The position numbers were made by a program, and so were the translations under genes. 45,397 nucleotides of DNA from Chiloscyllium plagiosum. Lineage: Eukaryota. The notes below the pieces were generated by a model, which was given only the letters and a program-made list of their open reading frames with translations, was not told where the DNA came from and ran no database searches. The DNA is taken from positions 44,485,341-44,530,737 of the forward strand of contig NC_057718.1 in NCBI RefSeq assembly GCF_004010195.1, given 5' to 3'. This document shows positions 12,156 through 23,386 of the stretch, piece after piece. How positions within the stretch are numbered: the first letter of the stretch is position 1; each line of letters opens with the position of its first letter.

Positions 12156-12485
12156 GTTCAGGGTTGGTTGGTCCAATTCAGATGGTGGCAGAGGCGTATC
12201 CACACAGTGGTGAAAGATGGCACCTGAAGATCGGCAACTTTGACGTTGGTTGGGTCTAGTGTAGATGACAGTGAAGCAGTAGGGGAAGGATGTGGGTGCA
12301 GGCATCCATTGATGGTGATAAGACAGCTCAGGAATGATGGGCTCCCTTTAAGGTATAGCTTTCTTTTCTTTATTCTTAAATTATTCAAAATGGTGCCAAA
12401 TTATGGTGACAAATGAAAGATTTTCACTATATTTTATTCTTACTGTAAAATACCATGTGATAGTAAAATCATTCATTCGTTCATT
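12156..12485 (+). mobile_element. Short non-LTR-type insertion ending in (CATT)n; family unassigned
   Basis: Interrupts the CR1 and ends ttttcact...catgtgatagtaaaatcattcattcgttcatt. Its internal segment 12295-12355 recurs in reverse at ~14052-14115 and 14417-14472. Confidence 0.55.
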
Positions 12486-12796
12486 TGCCAACATTTTGTC
12501 CACTTACTTATCAATATCTCTCTGTAAAGTGCATTTCTTTCACAGCCTGTCTTTCCACCTATTTTTGTGATGTTTGCAAATTTAGTTACAGTACATTCAC
12601 TTCCTTCCTCCAAGTTGTTAATATATATTGTAAACAGTTATGATCCCAGCATTGATCCCTGTGGAACCCCACCAACCACAGGTAAGCAAGTTTAAAAAGA
12701 ACTCCTTATTCCCACTTGCTGTTTCTATCCATGAGCCAATTTTCTATCTGTTACCAATATATTGCTTCCAACGCCGTGGGTTCATATTTTATACAA

Positions 12797-14050
12797 AGAG
12801 AACAAAGAACAAAGAAAATTACAGCACAGGAACGGGTCCTTCGGCCCTCCAAGCCTGCACCAAACCAGATTCTCCATCTAAACCTGTTGCCTATTTTCTA
12901 AGAATCTGTATCCCTCTGCTCCATGCCGATTCATGTATCTGTGCAAATACATTTTAAATGATGCTACCGTGCCTGCCTCTACCACCTCCGCATTACAGGC
13001 ACCAACCACCTTCTGCATGAAGAACTTTCCATTTATATCTCCCTTAAACGTTTCCCCTCTCACCTTGAACTCGTGTCCTCTAGTAATTGAATACTGCAGT
13101 CTGGGAAAAGGTCATTGCTATCCACCCTATCTATATCTCTCATGATTTTGTAGACCTCAATCAGGTTCCCCCTCAACCTTTGTCTTTCTAATGAACATAA
13201 TCCTAATCTATTCAACATCTCTTCATAGCATTTCCTCTCCACACCAGGCAACATCCTGGTGAACCTCTTCTGCACCCTCTCCAAAGCATCAACACCCTTT
13301 AGGTAATGTGGTGACCAGAACTGTGTGCAGTATTTCAAATGTGGCCAAACCAAAGTATTATACAACTGTAACATGACCTGCCAACCTTGTACTCAATACC
13401 CTATCCAATGAAGGAAAACATGCCATTGGCCTTCTTGACAACTCTATTGATCTGTGTTGCCACCTTCAGGGTACAATGGACCTGAACACACAAATCTCTC
13501 TGTACATCCACTTTCCCCAGGGATTTTCCATTTACGGTATAGTTCGCTCTTGAATTGGATTTTCCAAAATGGAACACCTCACATTTGCCTGGATTGAACT
13601 TCATCTGCCACTTCTCCACCTAACTCTCCAATCTATCCATATTCTGTTGTATTCTCTGACAGTCTCCTTCACTATCTGCTGCTCCACCAATCTTAGTGTC
13701 ATCTGCAAACTTGCTAATCAAACCATCGATACCTTCCTCCACATCACAAACAACTGTGGTCCCAGCATGGATCCCTGTGGAACACCACTGGACACAGTTC
13801 TCCATTTTGAGAAACACCCCTCCACTACTACTCTCTATCTCTTGTTGCCCAGCCAGTTCTTTATCCATTTAGCTATTATACACTGGACCCCATGAGACTT
13901 CACTATCCCCATCAGCTTACCATGGGGAACCTTATCAAATGCCTTACTGATGTCCATGTATATGACATTTACAGCCCTTCCCTCATCAATCTACTTTGTC
14001 ACTTCCTCAGAAAATTCCACTCAGTTGGTAAAATATGACCTTCCCTGCAC
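12797..14050 (-). mobile_element. CR1 LINE, RT to 3' end
   Basis: (agaacaa)n tail at 12797. ORFs ISKFADDTKIGG, WQMKFNPGKCEV.HFGK, LYNTLV.PHL.YC.QFWSPH, ALERVQKRFTRM. Confidence 0.95.
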
Positions 14051-14559
14051 TCAGGAGTCCATCAGTCCATCAGTCCTGAGCTGGCATATCGCCATCAACA
14101 ACACCTGAGCCGCCAGGTGAACCTCATTGAACTTCTGAAAGTCCAAATACAACACATCTACTATTTCCCCTCTATCCACTCTGTTTGTGACTTCCTCAAA
14201 AAACTCTAATAAATCAGTCAGGCATGATTTCCTTTCATGAAGCCATGTTGACTTTACTTGATTAGATTATGATTTTCCAAATGTTCTGCAACTCCTTCCT
14301 CAATAATTGATTCCAACATTCTTCCAGCAATATAAGTGAGGCTTATAGTTACCTACATTTTTGCCTCCCTCCCTTTTTGAATAAGGGTGTCACATTAGTT
14401 GTTTTCCAATCCTCTATACCTTAAAGGGAGTGCAGAGCTGGCTCATCACCATCAACGATGCCTGAACTGCCATCTCTCCTCCACTGCTTCACTGCCTACC
14501 ACACCAAACCCAACTAAGGTCAAAGTCATAGTCATAGAGAGTCAAAGCCTTCAAAACTG

Positions 14560-16478
14560 AGATAATGAGAGTCCAGAGACAATATATTCCTGTTATGGTG
14601 AAAGGCAAGACTGATAGGTGTGGGGAATGCTTGATGACTAGAAAAATTGAGGTTTTGGTTAAGAAAAAGAAAGAAGCACATGTCAGGTATAGATATCAGA
14701 GATCAAATGAATCCCTAGAAGAGTATAAAGGCAGTAGGAGTATACTTAAGATGGAAATCAGGAGGGCAAAAAGGAGACATGAGATAGCTTTGGCAAATAG
14801 AGTTAAGGGGAATCCAAAGGGATTCTATAAATACATTAAGGACAAACGGGCCCCTCAAAGATCAGTAAGTTGACCTTTGTGTGGAACTGCAGAAGATGGG
14901 GGAGATACTAATCACATCACTGTTTCCTATGGAGAATGGCATGGAAGGTCTATAATGTGGGGAAATAGATGGTGACATCTTGAAAAATGTCCACATTATA
15001 GAGGAAGAGATGATGGAATTTTTAAAACTCATAAAGGTGGATAAATGCCCAGGATATGATCAGGTGTACTCTAGAACACAGTGGGAAGCTAGGAAAGTGA
15101 TTCAGGGCCCCTTGCTGAGATATTTGTATCATCGATAGTCACAGGTGAGGTGCCAGAAGACTGGAGTTTGGCTAATGTGGTGCCACTATTTAAGGAAGGT
15201 GGCAAGGAAAAACCAGGGAACTATAGACCAGTGAGCCTGACATTAGTGGTGGGCAAGTTGTTGGAGGGAATCTGAGGGATAGGATTTACATGTATTTGGA
15301 AAGGCAAGGACTGATTAGGGATAGTCAGCATGGCTTTGTGCATAGGGAATCATGCCTCACAAACTTGATTGAGTTTCTAAAAGAAGTAATGAAGAAGATT
15401 GATAATGGCAGTGTGGTGGATGTAAACTATTTGGACTACATGGCATTTGACAAGGCTCCTCATGGTAGACTGGTTAGCAAAGTTAGATCTCATGGAATAC
15501 AAGGGGAATTTGGATACAGGCTTGAAGGTAGAAGACAGGAGTGGCGGTGGAGGGTTGCTTTTCAGACTGGAGGCCTGTGACCACCGTTGTGTCACAAGGA
15601 TTGGTGTTGGTTCCACTACTTTTCATCATTTATGTAAATGATTTGGATGTGAGCATAAGAGGTATAGTTAGTAGGTTTGCCAGTAACACCAAAATTGGAA
15701 GTGTAGTGGACAGCGAAGAAGGTTACTTCAGAGTACAATGGGATCTTGATCAGATGGGCCAATGGGTTGAAGAGTGGCAATTGGAGTTTAATTTAGATAA
15801 ATGTGAGGTGCTGCATTTTTGAAAGGCAAATCAGAGCAGGACTTATAAGACTCAAAGTTCCTTGAAAGTAGAATGGCAGGTAGATAGGATGGTGAAGAAG
15901 GCATTTGGTCAGAGCATTGAGTACAGGAGTTGGGAGGTCATGTATGTGCAATTCTGGTCTCCCTCCTATGGGATGGATGTTGTGAAACTTGAAGGAGTTC
16001 AGAAAAATTTACAAGGATGTTGCCAGGGTCAGAGTGTTTGAGCTATAGGGAGAGGTTGAATGGGCTGGGGCTGTTTTCTCTGGAGTGTCGGAGGCAAAGG
16101 GGTGACTTTGTAGATGTTTATAAATCATGAGCGGCATGGATAGGGTAGATAGACAAGGTCTTTTCCCTGGGGTGGGGGAAGTCCAGAAACAGAGGGCATA
16201 GCATTAGGATAAGAGGGAAAACATTTGAAAGAGATCTAAGGAGCAATTTCTTCACACAGAAGGTGGTGTGTGTATGGAATGAGCTGCCACAGGAAGTGGT
16301 GGAGGCTGGTACAATTACATTTAAAAGGCATCTGGATGGGTATATGAATAGTAAGGGCTTAGAGGGATATGGGCCAAGTATTGGCAAATGGAACTATATT
16401 AGGTTAGGATATCTGGTCGGCATGGACAAGTTGGACTGAAGGGTCTGTTTCCGTGCTGTATATCACTATTACTTTATG
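14560..16478 (+). mobile_element. CR1 LINE, 5'-truncated, decayed RT
   Basis: EIRRAKR..E..LAN.VK.NPKGFYKYI, LIRDSQHGF...SCLTNL.EF, AFDK.PHGRL, V.QG.VL.PLLF.IY.NDL, FN.DKCEVLHF. 3' UTR to ~16478. Confidence 0.95.
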
Positions 16479-16991
16479 AGTAAGAAAGTATTATTTAAAT
16501 AGAGAAAAACTTCAATCCTCTTGTGTTTCTCCTGAGCCCAATCAGTTTTGGAAAACTATCCCTGTATTAATATCTGTTAGAATCCTAGGACGCATTTAAC
16601 CCCATTAACTTGTCTAATACTACTACTTTAGTGATGGTGATTGTGCTTAATTCCTCCCTCAAATTCTTTTATATTAAATCAATGTGCATAGAATAAAGAC
16701 AGAAGCAAAATATTCGTTGAACTTCTCTGCTGTTTCCTTGTTACCTAAAACTTTCTCCCCAGATTCATTTTCTATGGGGCTTGTGTTTGCTTTTATCTCT
16801 CTCTTCCTTTCTGTATACTTAAAGAAGATGTTATTGTCAGCTTTTATATTTCTCCCTAATTTGACCTCGGAGTTTATTTTCTCTCTCCTCATTACCTTTT
16901 TAGTCCTCCTTTACGGGATTCTGAATTTATTCAAGTCTTCAGGATTATCACTGAATTTGACCTTCTTATTTGCTTTTACTTTCAACTTAAT

Positions 16992-17753
16992 TTGGTGTTG
17001 CCGGTGTTGGACTGGGGTGTACAAAGTTAAAAATCACACAACACCAGGTTATAGCCCAATAGGTTTACTTGGAAGCACTAGCTTTCTGAGCACTGCTCCT
17101 TCATCAGGTGGTTGTGGAGTACACAATTGTAAGACACAGAATTAATAGCAAAAGTTTACAGTGTGATGTTACTGAAATTATACATTGAAAAATACCTTGA
17201 TTGGTTAGATTAGATTACTTACAGTGTGGAAACAGGCCCTTCGGCCCAACAAGTCCACACCAACCCGCCAAAGCACAACCCATCCAGACCCATTCCCCTA
17301 CATTTACCCCTGCCCCTAACACTATGGGCAACTTAACATGGCCAATTCACCTAACCTGCACATTTTTGGACTGTGGTAGGAAACCAGAGCACCCGGAGGA
17401 AACCCACGCAGACACGGGGAGAATGTGCAAACGCCACACAGTCAATTGCCTGAGGTGGGAATTGAAGCCGGGTCTCTGGCGCTGTGGCTCTGGCACCAAT
17501 TGTTTGTTAAGTCTGTCATCTGTTAGAATGACCATGATAGTTTCACTTCCTTCATACGTAAATCACAAAACTCTTTTTAAAAGGTACATTCTCAAGCTAA
17601 TTGTAACAATTGGTGTCAGGCCAGATAAGATGTTGAAGGTGTTAGCCCCTTGTGTTCGGTTGTCTGTGCCATTCTAATCTAAAAAAATGTGTTGACAGAG
17701 TCTTACATGGATTCATGCAGTTTTTGAGCAAAGTACAATGTAACTCTGCAAGT
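16992..17753 (-). mobile_element. PLE-derived non-coding element with hammerhead (same family as 391-608 and 41425-41495)
   Basis: 13-bp TSD ctttcaacttaat at 16979-16991 / 17754-17766. Minus-strand CTGATGA-A-GGAGC(AGT)GCTCA-GAAAG-CTA at 17079-17107. Confidence 0.8.
17205..17497 (-). mobile_element. HE1-type V-SINE
   Basis: Minus strand: tRNA-like head fragment (B-box-like sequence), V-domain gtgtggcgtttgcacattctccccgtgtctgcgtgggtttcctccgggtgctc, CR1-like tail ending (ctaat)n. Confidence 0.9.
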
Positions 17754-18124
17754 CTTTCAACTTAATACTCTCTTTAACTTCCTTTGTCAGCCATGACTGG
17801 ATTATCCTTCTCTAAGAATTCTTTGTCCTTCCTGGGATGTATTTTTGTCATGAATTGCCCATTTAAAAGTCTGCCTTTTACTTGCCTACTACCATTTCTG
17901 CTAATCTCTCTGCCAGGTCCACTTTAGCAAACTCTATCCTCATTTATATAATAAAACAAAGAACTGCAGATGCTGTGTATTCGCAATGTTTAATAAATTT
18001 ATGAAATGTATAAATTTGTTAAATTTATTAACAAACAATTAATATGTATTTACTGGAGAATTCATCATAATTTACATACATGCGGTTATTAGATAAATGT
18101 CATACACATTCAGAGATTGTATGG

Positions 18125-18921
18125 TGTTATAGACCAGACCAAACCCCCTCAAAATATATTAAGAAGATATTCTAGAGCCTTTTTTTCTTATTTTGAAGGT
18201 AAGTGTAAGGTGTTGCATTCTAGATGCAATTTGATTAGTCAAAATACTTGACATTAAAGTAAACACACTTTATGTTTACACTACAGTTAAAACACAGACA
18301 AAATAAAAAGAAAAGAAAAGAATTGCTTGACAAAATAGTCAATACAGTAACTATTACTAATTATCTATTCCAATATAGTAACATCCCATAAGTGCAGCCT
18401 TGGCAAAGGCAAAGTCAGTAAAACAGATAATCTCACATGCAATTCTAGAAGCAGGAAGAGGATCCTATTGTTAGCTGTAACAGAGAGAGGAATAAGAGCT
18501 TCCACATCTAGCTGCAAGACACCAGCAACAACTAAAAATCCTGGTTCTAGACCCATCCATTCAAGCTGCTTCTATTGTTCCAACTTAAAAAAACCCAACA
18601 AGTCCACCCCACCCTCTGAAGAGTAACCCACCAGGGCAATTTAGCATGGCAAAATCACCTGACCTGTATATCTTTGGAGTATAGGAGGGAACCTGGGCAG
18701 AGAATGTGCAAACTCCACATAGACAATCACCAGAGGCTAGAAGTGAACCTGGGACCCTGGTGCAGTGAAGTAGCAGTGCTAGCCACTGTGCCACCCACCA
18801 TGTAGCCTCACAAGCTGTTTATTCTGTTGGCTTTGAGCTGACTGCTCCTCACCTCTGTCTCAACTTTCTTCATTAAAAGAAACCGACAAAATATATATCT
18901 TAATGACATAATATCTTCACA
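18125..18921. mobile_element. Solo LTR (probably Ty3/Gypsy)
   Basis: Begins TGTTAT, ends TTCACA, flanked by a perfect 4-bp TSD ATGG (18121-18124 / 18922-18925). Non-coding; hosts a V-SINE. Confidence 0.65.
18590..18800 (-). mobile_element. HE1-type V-SINE, internally deleted
   Basis: Minus strand gtggcacagtggctagcactgctacttcac...gggtcccaggttca...tgtggagtttgcacattct. Confidence 0.85.
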
Positions 18922-19208
18922 ATGGTTTTCCAGTCAGCTGAAACATAATTCTGGAAAAGCATAGAATTTCCAAATATATGCAATGCTTTTTAAAGTCCAG
19001 GAGATGGCACTCACTGATAAACTAAGTACTTCTATGGTGAAACACAGGATTTCTCTAATATTTGTATTGAATTAGTGGATAGTGTTTTGTATGACAGCAT
19101 AAAAATGACAGAGTAGAAAATTAATTTTTATTATGATCCAGAAATCAATTTTTCAGTTATTTTGGCTTGTTTATACCAGTAGTTGCTGACACTTTGACAA
19201 TTTCACAA

Positions 19209-20265
19209 AATACATACAACACAGATGGCCTCCTTCTTCAAGGACCGCAATTTCCCCCCCGACGTGGTCGACGGTGCCCTCCACCGCATCTCCTCCACTT
19301 CCCGCTCCTCCGCCCTTGAGCCCCGCCCCTCCAACCGCCACCAGGACAGAACCCCACTGGTCCTCACCTACCACCCCACCAATCTCCATGTACAGCGCAT
19401 CATCCGCCGTCACTTCCGCCACCTCCAAACAGACCCCAGCACCAAGGATATATTTCCCTCCCCTCCCCTATCAGCTTTCCGTAGAGACCACTCCCTCCGC
19501 GACTCCCTTGTCAGATCCACACCCCCCACCGACCCAACCACCACTCCCGGCACCTTCCCTTGCAACCGCAGGAGGTGCAACACTTGCGCCCACACCTCCC
19601 CCCTCACTTCTCTCCAAAGCCCCAAAGGAAACTTCCATATCCGCCACAGATTCACCTGCACCTCCACCCACATCATCTACTGCATCCGCTGCAGCCGGTG
19701 TGGCCTCCTCTATATTGGGGAGACAGGCCGCCTACTTGCGGAGCGATTCAGAGAGCACCTCTGGGCCACCCGGACGAACCAACCCAACCAACCTGTGGCA
19801 CAGCATTTCAACTCCCCCTCCCACTCCACCGAGGATATGCAGGTCATTGGACTCATCCACCGCCAAACCACAACAACCCGACGGTCGGAGGAGGAGCGTC
19901 TTATCTTCCGACTGGGAACCCTCCAACCACAGGGGATGAACATGGACTTCACCAGTTTCTTCATCCCCCCTCCCCCCACATTGTCTCAGCCGGATCCCTC
20001 CAGCCCGGCACCGCCTTCCTGACCTGCAGTCTTCTTCTTGACCTCTCCGCCTCCATCCTACTCCGACCTATCACCCTCACCTTGACCTCTTTCCACCTAT
20101 CACATTTCCAACGCCCCTCCTCCAAGTCCCTCCTCCCTACCTTTTATCTTCTCCTGCTGAACACTCTCTGCTCATTCCTGAAGAAGGGCCTGTGCCTGAA
20201 ACGTCGAATCTCCTGTTCCCTGGATGCTGCCTGACCTGCTGTGCTGTTCCAGCAATAAAGTTTCA
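19209..20265 (+). mobile_element. Young Neptune-type PLE 3' part with an uninterrupted Zn-finger/GIY-YIG reading frame and a hammerhead
   Basis: ORF 19225-20022 (265 aa): PLVLTYHP, CNRRRCNTC, CTSTHIIYCIRCSRCGLLYIGETGRLLAERFREH, PVAQHFN, EEERLIFRLGTLQPQGMN. CpG-rich. 12-bp TSD acaatttcacaa at 19197-19208 / 20266-20277. Confidence 0.95.
20178..20205 (+). ncRNA. Minimal type I hammerhead ribozyme motif
   Basis: ATTC-CTGAAGA-A-GGGC(CTGT)GCCT-GAAAC-GTC-GAAT: stem I ATTC/GAAT, core intact, G-U at the base of stem II. Confidence 0.75.
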
Positions 20266-20984
20266 ACAATTTCACAATATCTCAACCTCACCAAAATGGA
20301 ATGAGTCTTACAAGCTGAAAACTAAACTAAGAAGATTTTGTGATACATAAACCCCAAAGATACTTGTCTTGTACTTTTATCCATGCTACGTACAATAGCA
20401 CATTCGTTCTTGCAATTAATATTCAAAGGAATTCTAAATGCTGTAAAATGGGAAAACTAAAACTGTTAGTTATCTGGCCACGTTCAGCTGTCAGCTTCAT
20501 GTTGTATGTTTGTATGACAGATCTATTATTGTTTGGTCTCACCCGAGATAAGTTTATCTCATATCCAATGAAAATATCTACTCCTGTTGGTGAGCATTGA
20601 CCACCACCACCATGAGATCTTGCTCCCTGACCCATGAAACATGTGACTATGTATGCAGTGTAATTTCAAATAGTGCTCAACAAAATGAACCCATTTCTGA
20701 CAAGGTGCAAACTGGAAATTATATTGAAAAGTGTTATAATCTCCATAGAGACATAAATTTTAAGGAAGTTTTAAAAAGTTGTAAATTTTCTAATTGATGG
20801 CTGTAAGAATGATACAAAAAATATTTCACGTTTTAAAATGTTTAGTATAACAAATGACTGAATGCTCTACTGACTACACAATTTTTTTTTATTGTTATTG
20901 ATTATACTTTAAAATACATAGAGGAACACCTTTTTAGATGTCACACACATCATTTCCTCCCGTGAATTAGCAAACAGTCTACAC

Positions 20985-21192
20985 CTGCATCCACCTATCA
21001 TCTCCCCACCTACCTTCCCCCAGTCACAACTCCACTCCCCTATTTATCTCTCATCCTTCATTCTTGATGAAGGGCTTATGCTCAAAATGTCGACTCTCCT
21101 GCTTCTCAGGTGCTGCCTGACCTGCTGTGCTTTTCCAGCACCACCTTTTTCAATTTTGAGTCTTCAGCATCAGCAGTCCTCACTTTCTCCTC
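20985..21192 (+). mobile_element. Neptune-type PLE tail, decayed hammerhead
   Basis: Matches 20090-20260. Core reads ttgatgaagggcttatgctcaaaatgtc. Confidence 0.8.
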
Positions 21193-21914
21193 ATCCACAT
21201 ATGCTTCCAGCCTCCAATGAACTTTCGTATTCCCGCATCAAGTAGTAATTTCAAATGACTGTCAAATGACTGAATCTCTAATGATCAAAGTAATAATGCT
21301 TATTGGAATGCAGACTCAGAGCAAGTCATATGATGTGCTTTATTCTGCCTCAATTTAAAGTTATGTTCCTCAAATATAATACTTTTATAAACCTCATAGT
21401 CATAGCATTATCTAATCTGCCTAAAAAACTGGTTGTCTACTCTGTCCAACCAGTTAAAAACTGTAATTTACTCAGGCTGGTAGTGCCTATTAGAATTTTC
21501 ATAGTGCCATTTTCAATCTTTTAATTGCAAATTGGCCAAAAGCCAGGAAGAATTGTATTTCCCAATCAATGAATCTCCTGCAAAATTGGAACAGCAATGA
21601 AGCTCCCATGCAAAATCCAAATTCAATTAAATCATGGAAAGAGTACAAATGCAAAGTAGACCCATCAACTGAATGATATTCCACCTAGCTCTACCTCATT
21701 ATGAATTTGCTTTATTCCCCTTCCCCCCTCAATGACCTCTGTGTTATCAGATTCCTGCCATGGATTGCTATCTCGATGCTGTGCAGAGGTTTGTATACTC
21801 CAATGCTTTAGCAATACCATCTTTCCTGAGTCTGTGGAAATCCTCCCAGTAACCTTGCAGAAAAATATCTGATATGGTCTTCATTTCAAAACAAATCAAG
21901 AAAGGATAAAACAA

Positions 21915-22050
21915 AGAAACATGGATGCTGGAGATCGGAAACAAAAACAGAAACTGCTGGAGACACTCAGCAGGTCTAGCAGCATCTGTGGGGAGAAAGT
22001 TGAATTCACACTTCGAGTCCGGTTACTCTTCACCAGTTCTGATGAAGGTG
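21915..22050 (-). mobile_element. PLE tail with decayed hammerhead, partial fold-back
   Basis: gatgctggagatcggaaacaaaaacagaaactgctggagacactcagcagg mirrors 11320-11395. Abuts ttctgatgaagg on the + strand. Confidence 0.7.
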
Positions 22051-23198
22051 GTCCAACTGAGTTAGTAGACAGCAGAGAGTTAGTGCTCGTGGGTTTTAGG
22101 TGGCTGGGAGCAAGTGAGGGAAGATGTTGCAGGCAATAGTTGGAGTAGGGGAACATGCACCTTGGTGGGAGGTGGTTACAATAGAAGAGATAGCCTGTGT
22201 GTGAGGCTTTGGAGGGAAGATAGTGGCAATTAGGCTGATGGAGTGGCGAAGGACATTGACCTTCTTTTTACTCAGCTGGCCATTCTTCCATTCTCTGCAC
22301 TCTCTTTGTTTAAGATCCTAAGATGCTGGCTATCTGGTACTCGGAACGAGGCAATGTTCACATCTGGTATTTCTCCGATAGGATCACCAGGGTAGAGGCA
22401 GTCTCTTTCACCTCTTGATTTTCAAGTGTCTTTGAGAATTTTTCTAAGTATTCTACAGTGAAGACAGGGACACATTACATGTTCAATCACTGCTATTTCT
22501 TTGCTTTTAATTATCAATTCCCAAGACTCACAGTCTAGGTAGCCAATTCTAGCCTTAATTTTTCTTTTCCTATTTCAGTATTCATAGGAATTCTAATTTC
22601 TATAGTATTGGTTTGCTTTCTCTCATATTCTGTTTTCTCCCTCTTTAATAGATTTTGAGTCATTATTTACTGATTGTTAAATTCTGTTCAAACTACTGAC
22701 CAAGCTAACATCTTTGCAGATTTGTTTAAAGCTTCTTTCAATTTTATGTTATTCTTAATTTGCTTTTTACTCATTGATGGTGCATCCTTATCAAAGAATA
22801 TTTCTTTCTCACTGTGATAAATTTCTGCTGAGAGTTACAAAATATTGACTTAAAGGTATGCCACTGTCTTAGTTTTTAACTTACTTTCTCAGATTCCACA
22901 AACAGTAATTTGGTCATGTCAAGGTGCTCGCTTTTGTCACGTTGATTTGAGAGATGAATATTGGTCAGCACTAACTCCCCTGGTCTTCTTTGAAATAGTG
23001 CAACAAAATCTTTTATGTTCATCAGAGTGAGAAGATGGGACCTCAGTTTAGCGTCTCATCTGAAAGACAGCACTTCCAAATATACAGCATACTCAGTTCT
23101 GAACTAGAATGTCAACCTTAATTCTTGCTATCAAGTCCTGAAACCAGACTTGAGCACACTACCTTCTCATTCAGAGGGAACGAGAACAACAAACTCTC

Positions 23199-23272
23199 CG
23201 TCCCTGGGTGGTCTTGAACCACCAACCTTTCAGTTAACAGCCAAACGCGCTAACCAATTGCGCCACAGAGAC
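23199..23272 (-). tRNA. tRNA-Asn(GTT), copy 1 (possibly pseudogene)
   Basis: GTCTCTGTGGCGCAATTGGTTAGCGCGTTTGGCTGTTAACTGAAAGGTTGGTGGTTCAAGACCACCCAGGGACG, 74 nt, matches vertebrate tRNA-Asn. Two G-U pairs in the anticodon stem, A at position 60, no TTTT terminator. Confidence 0.9.
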
Positions 23273-23312
23273 AAGTCTAAGAAAGCAGTAGGAGTGAGAA
23301 CAACGAACTCTC

Positions 23313-23386
23313 CGTCCCTGGGTGGTCTTGAACCACCAACCTTTCAGTTAACAACCGAACGCGCTAACCAATTGCGCCACAGAGAC
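23313..23386 (-). tRNA. tRNA-Asn(GTT), copy 2 (possibly pseudogene)
   Basis: GTCTCTGTGGCGCAATTGGTTAGCGCGTTCGGTTGTTAACTGAAAGGTTGGTGGTTCAAGACCACCCAGGGACG. Differs from copy 1 at 2 positions; 114-bp period. Confidence 0.9.

Larger units (their letters stand above)
10325..17940 (-). mobile_element. Long CR1 LINE broken into segments by nested insertions (10325-10598, 11407-12155, 12485-12796, ~14140-14420, ~16510-16990, 17767-17940)
   Basis: 3' tail taagaccataag..aacaggagtaggcc at 10325-10365. Segments appear collinear on the minus strand, progressing to the 5' part (ORF 16674-16892: KLGRNIKADN..FFKY...ETAEKFNEYFASVF). TSD-joined at 10588/11407 and 16979/17754. That all segments derive from one element is inferred. 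Confidence 0.65.

Noticed and set aside
17980..18045. AT-rich imperfect palindromes (tttgttaaatttattaacaaa)
   Set aside because: Low-complexity sequence; no evidence of function.
19274..20234. Long overlapping Pro-rich and antisense ORFs (221, 224, 88, 89 aa)
   Set aside because: Shadow frames of the C-rich, stop-poor PLE sequence.
20521..20589. 69-nt exon-like segment (gacag|...TG|GTGAGC; DLLLFGLTRDKFISYPMKISTPV)
   Set aside because: Weak polypyrimidine tract, unrecognised peptide and no supporting neighbouring exons.
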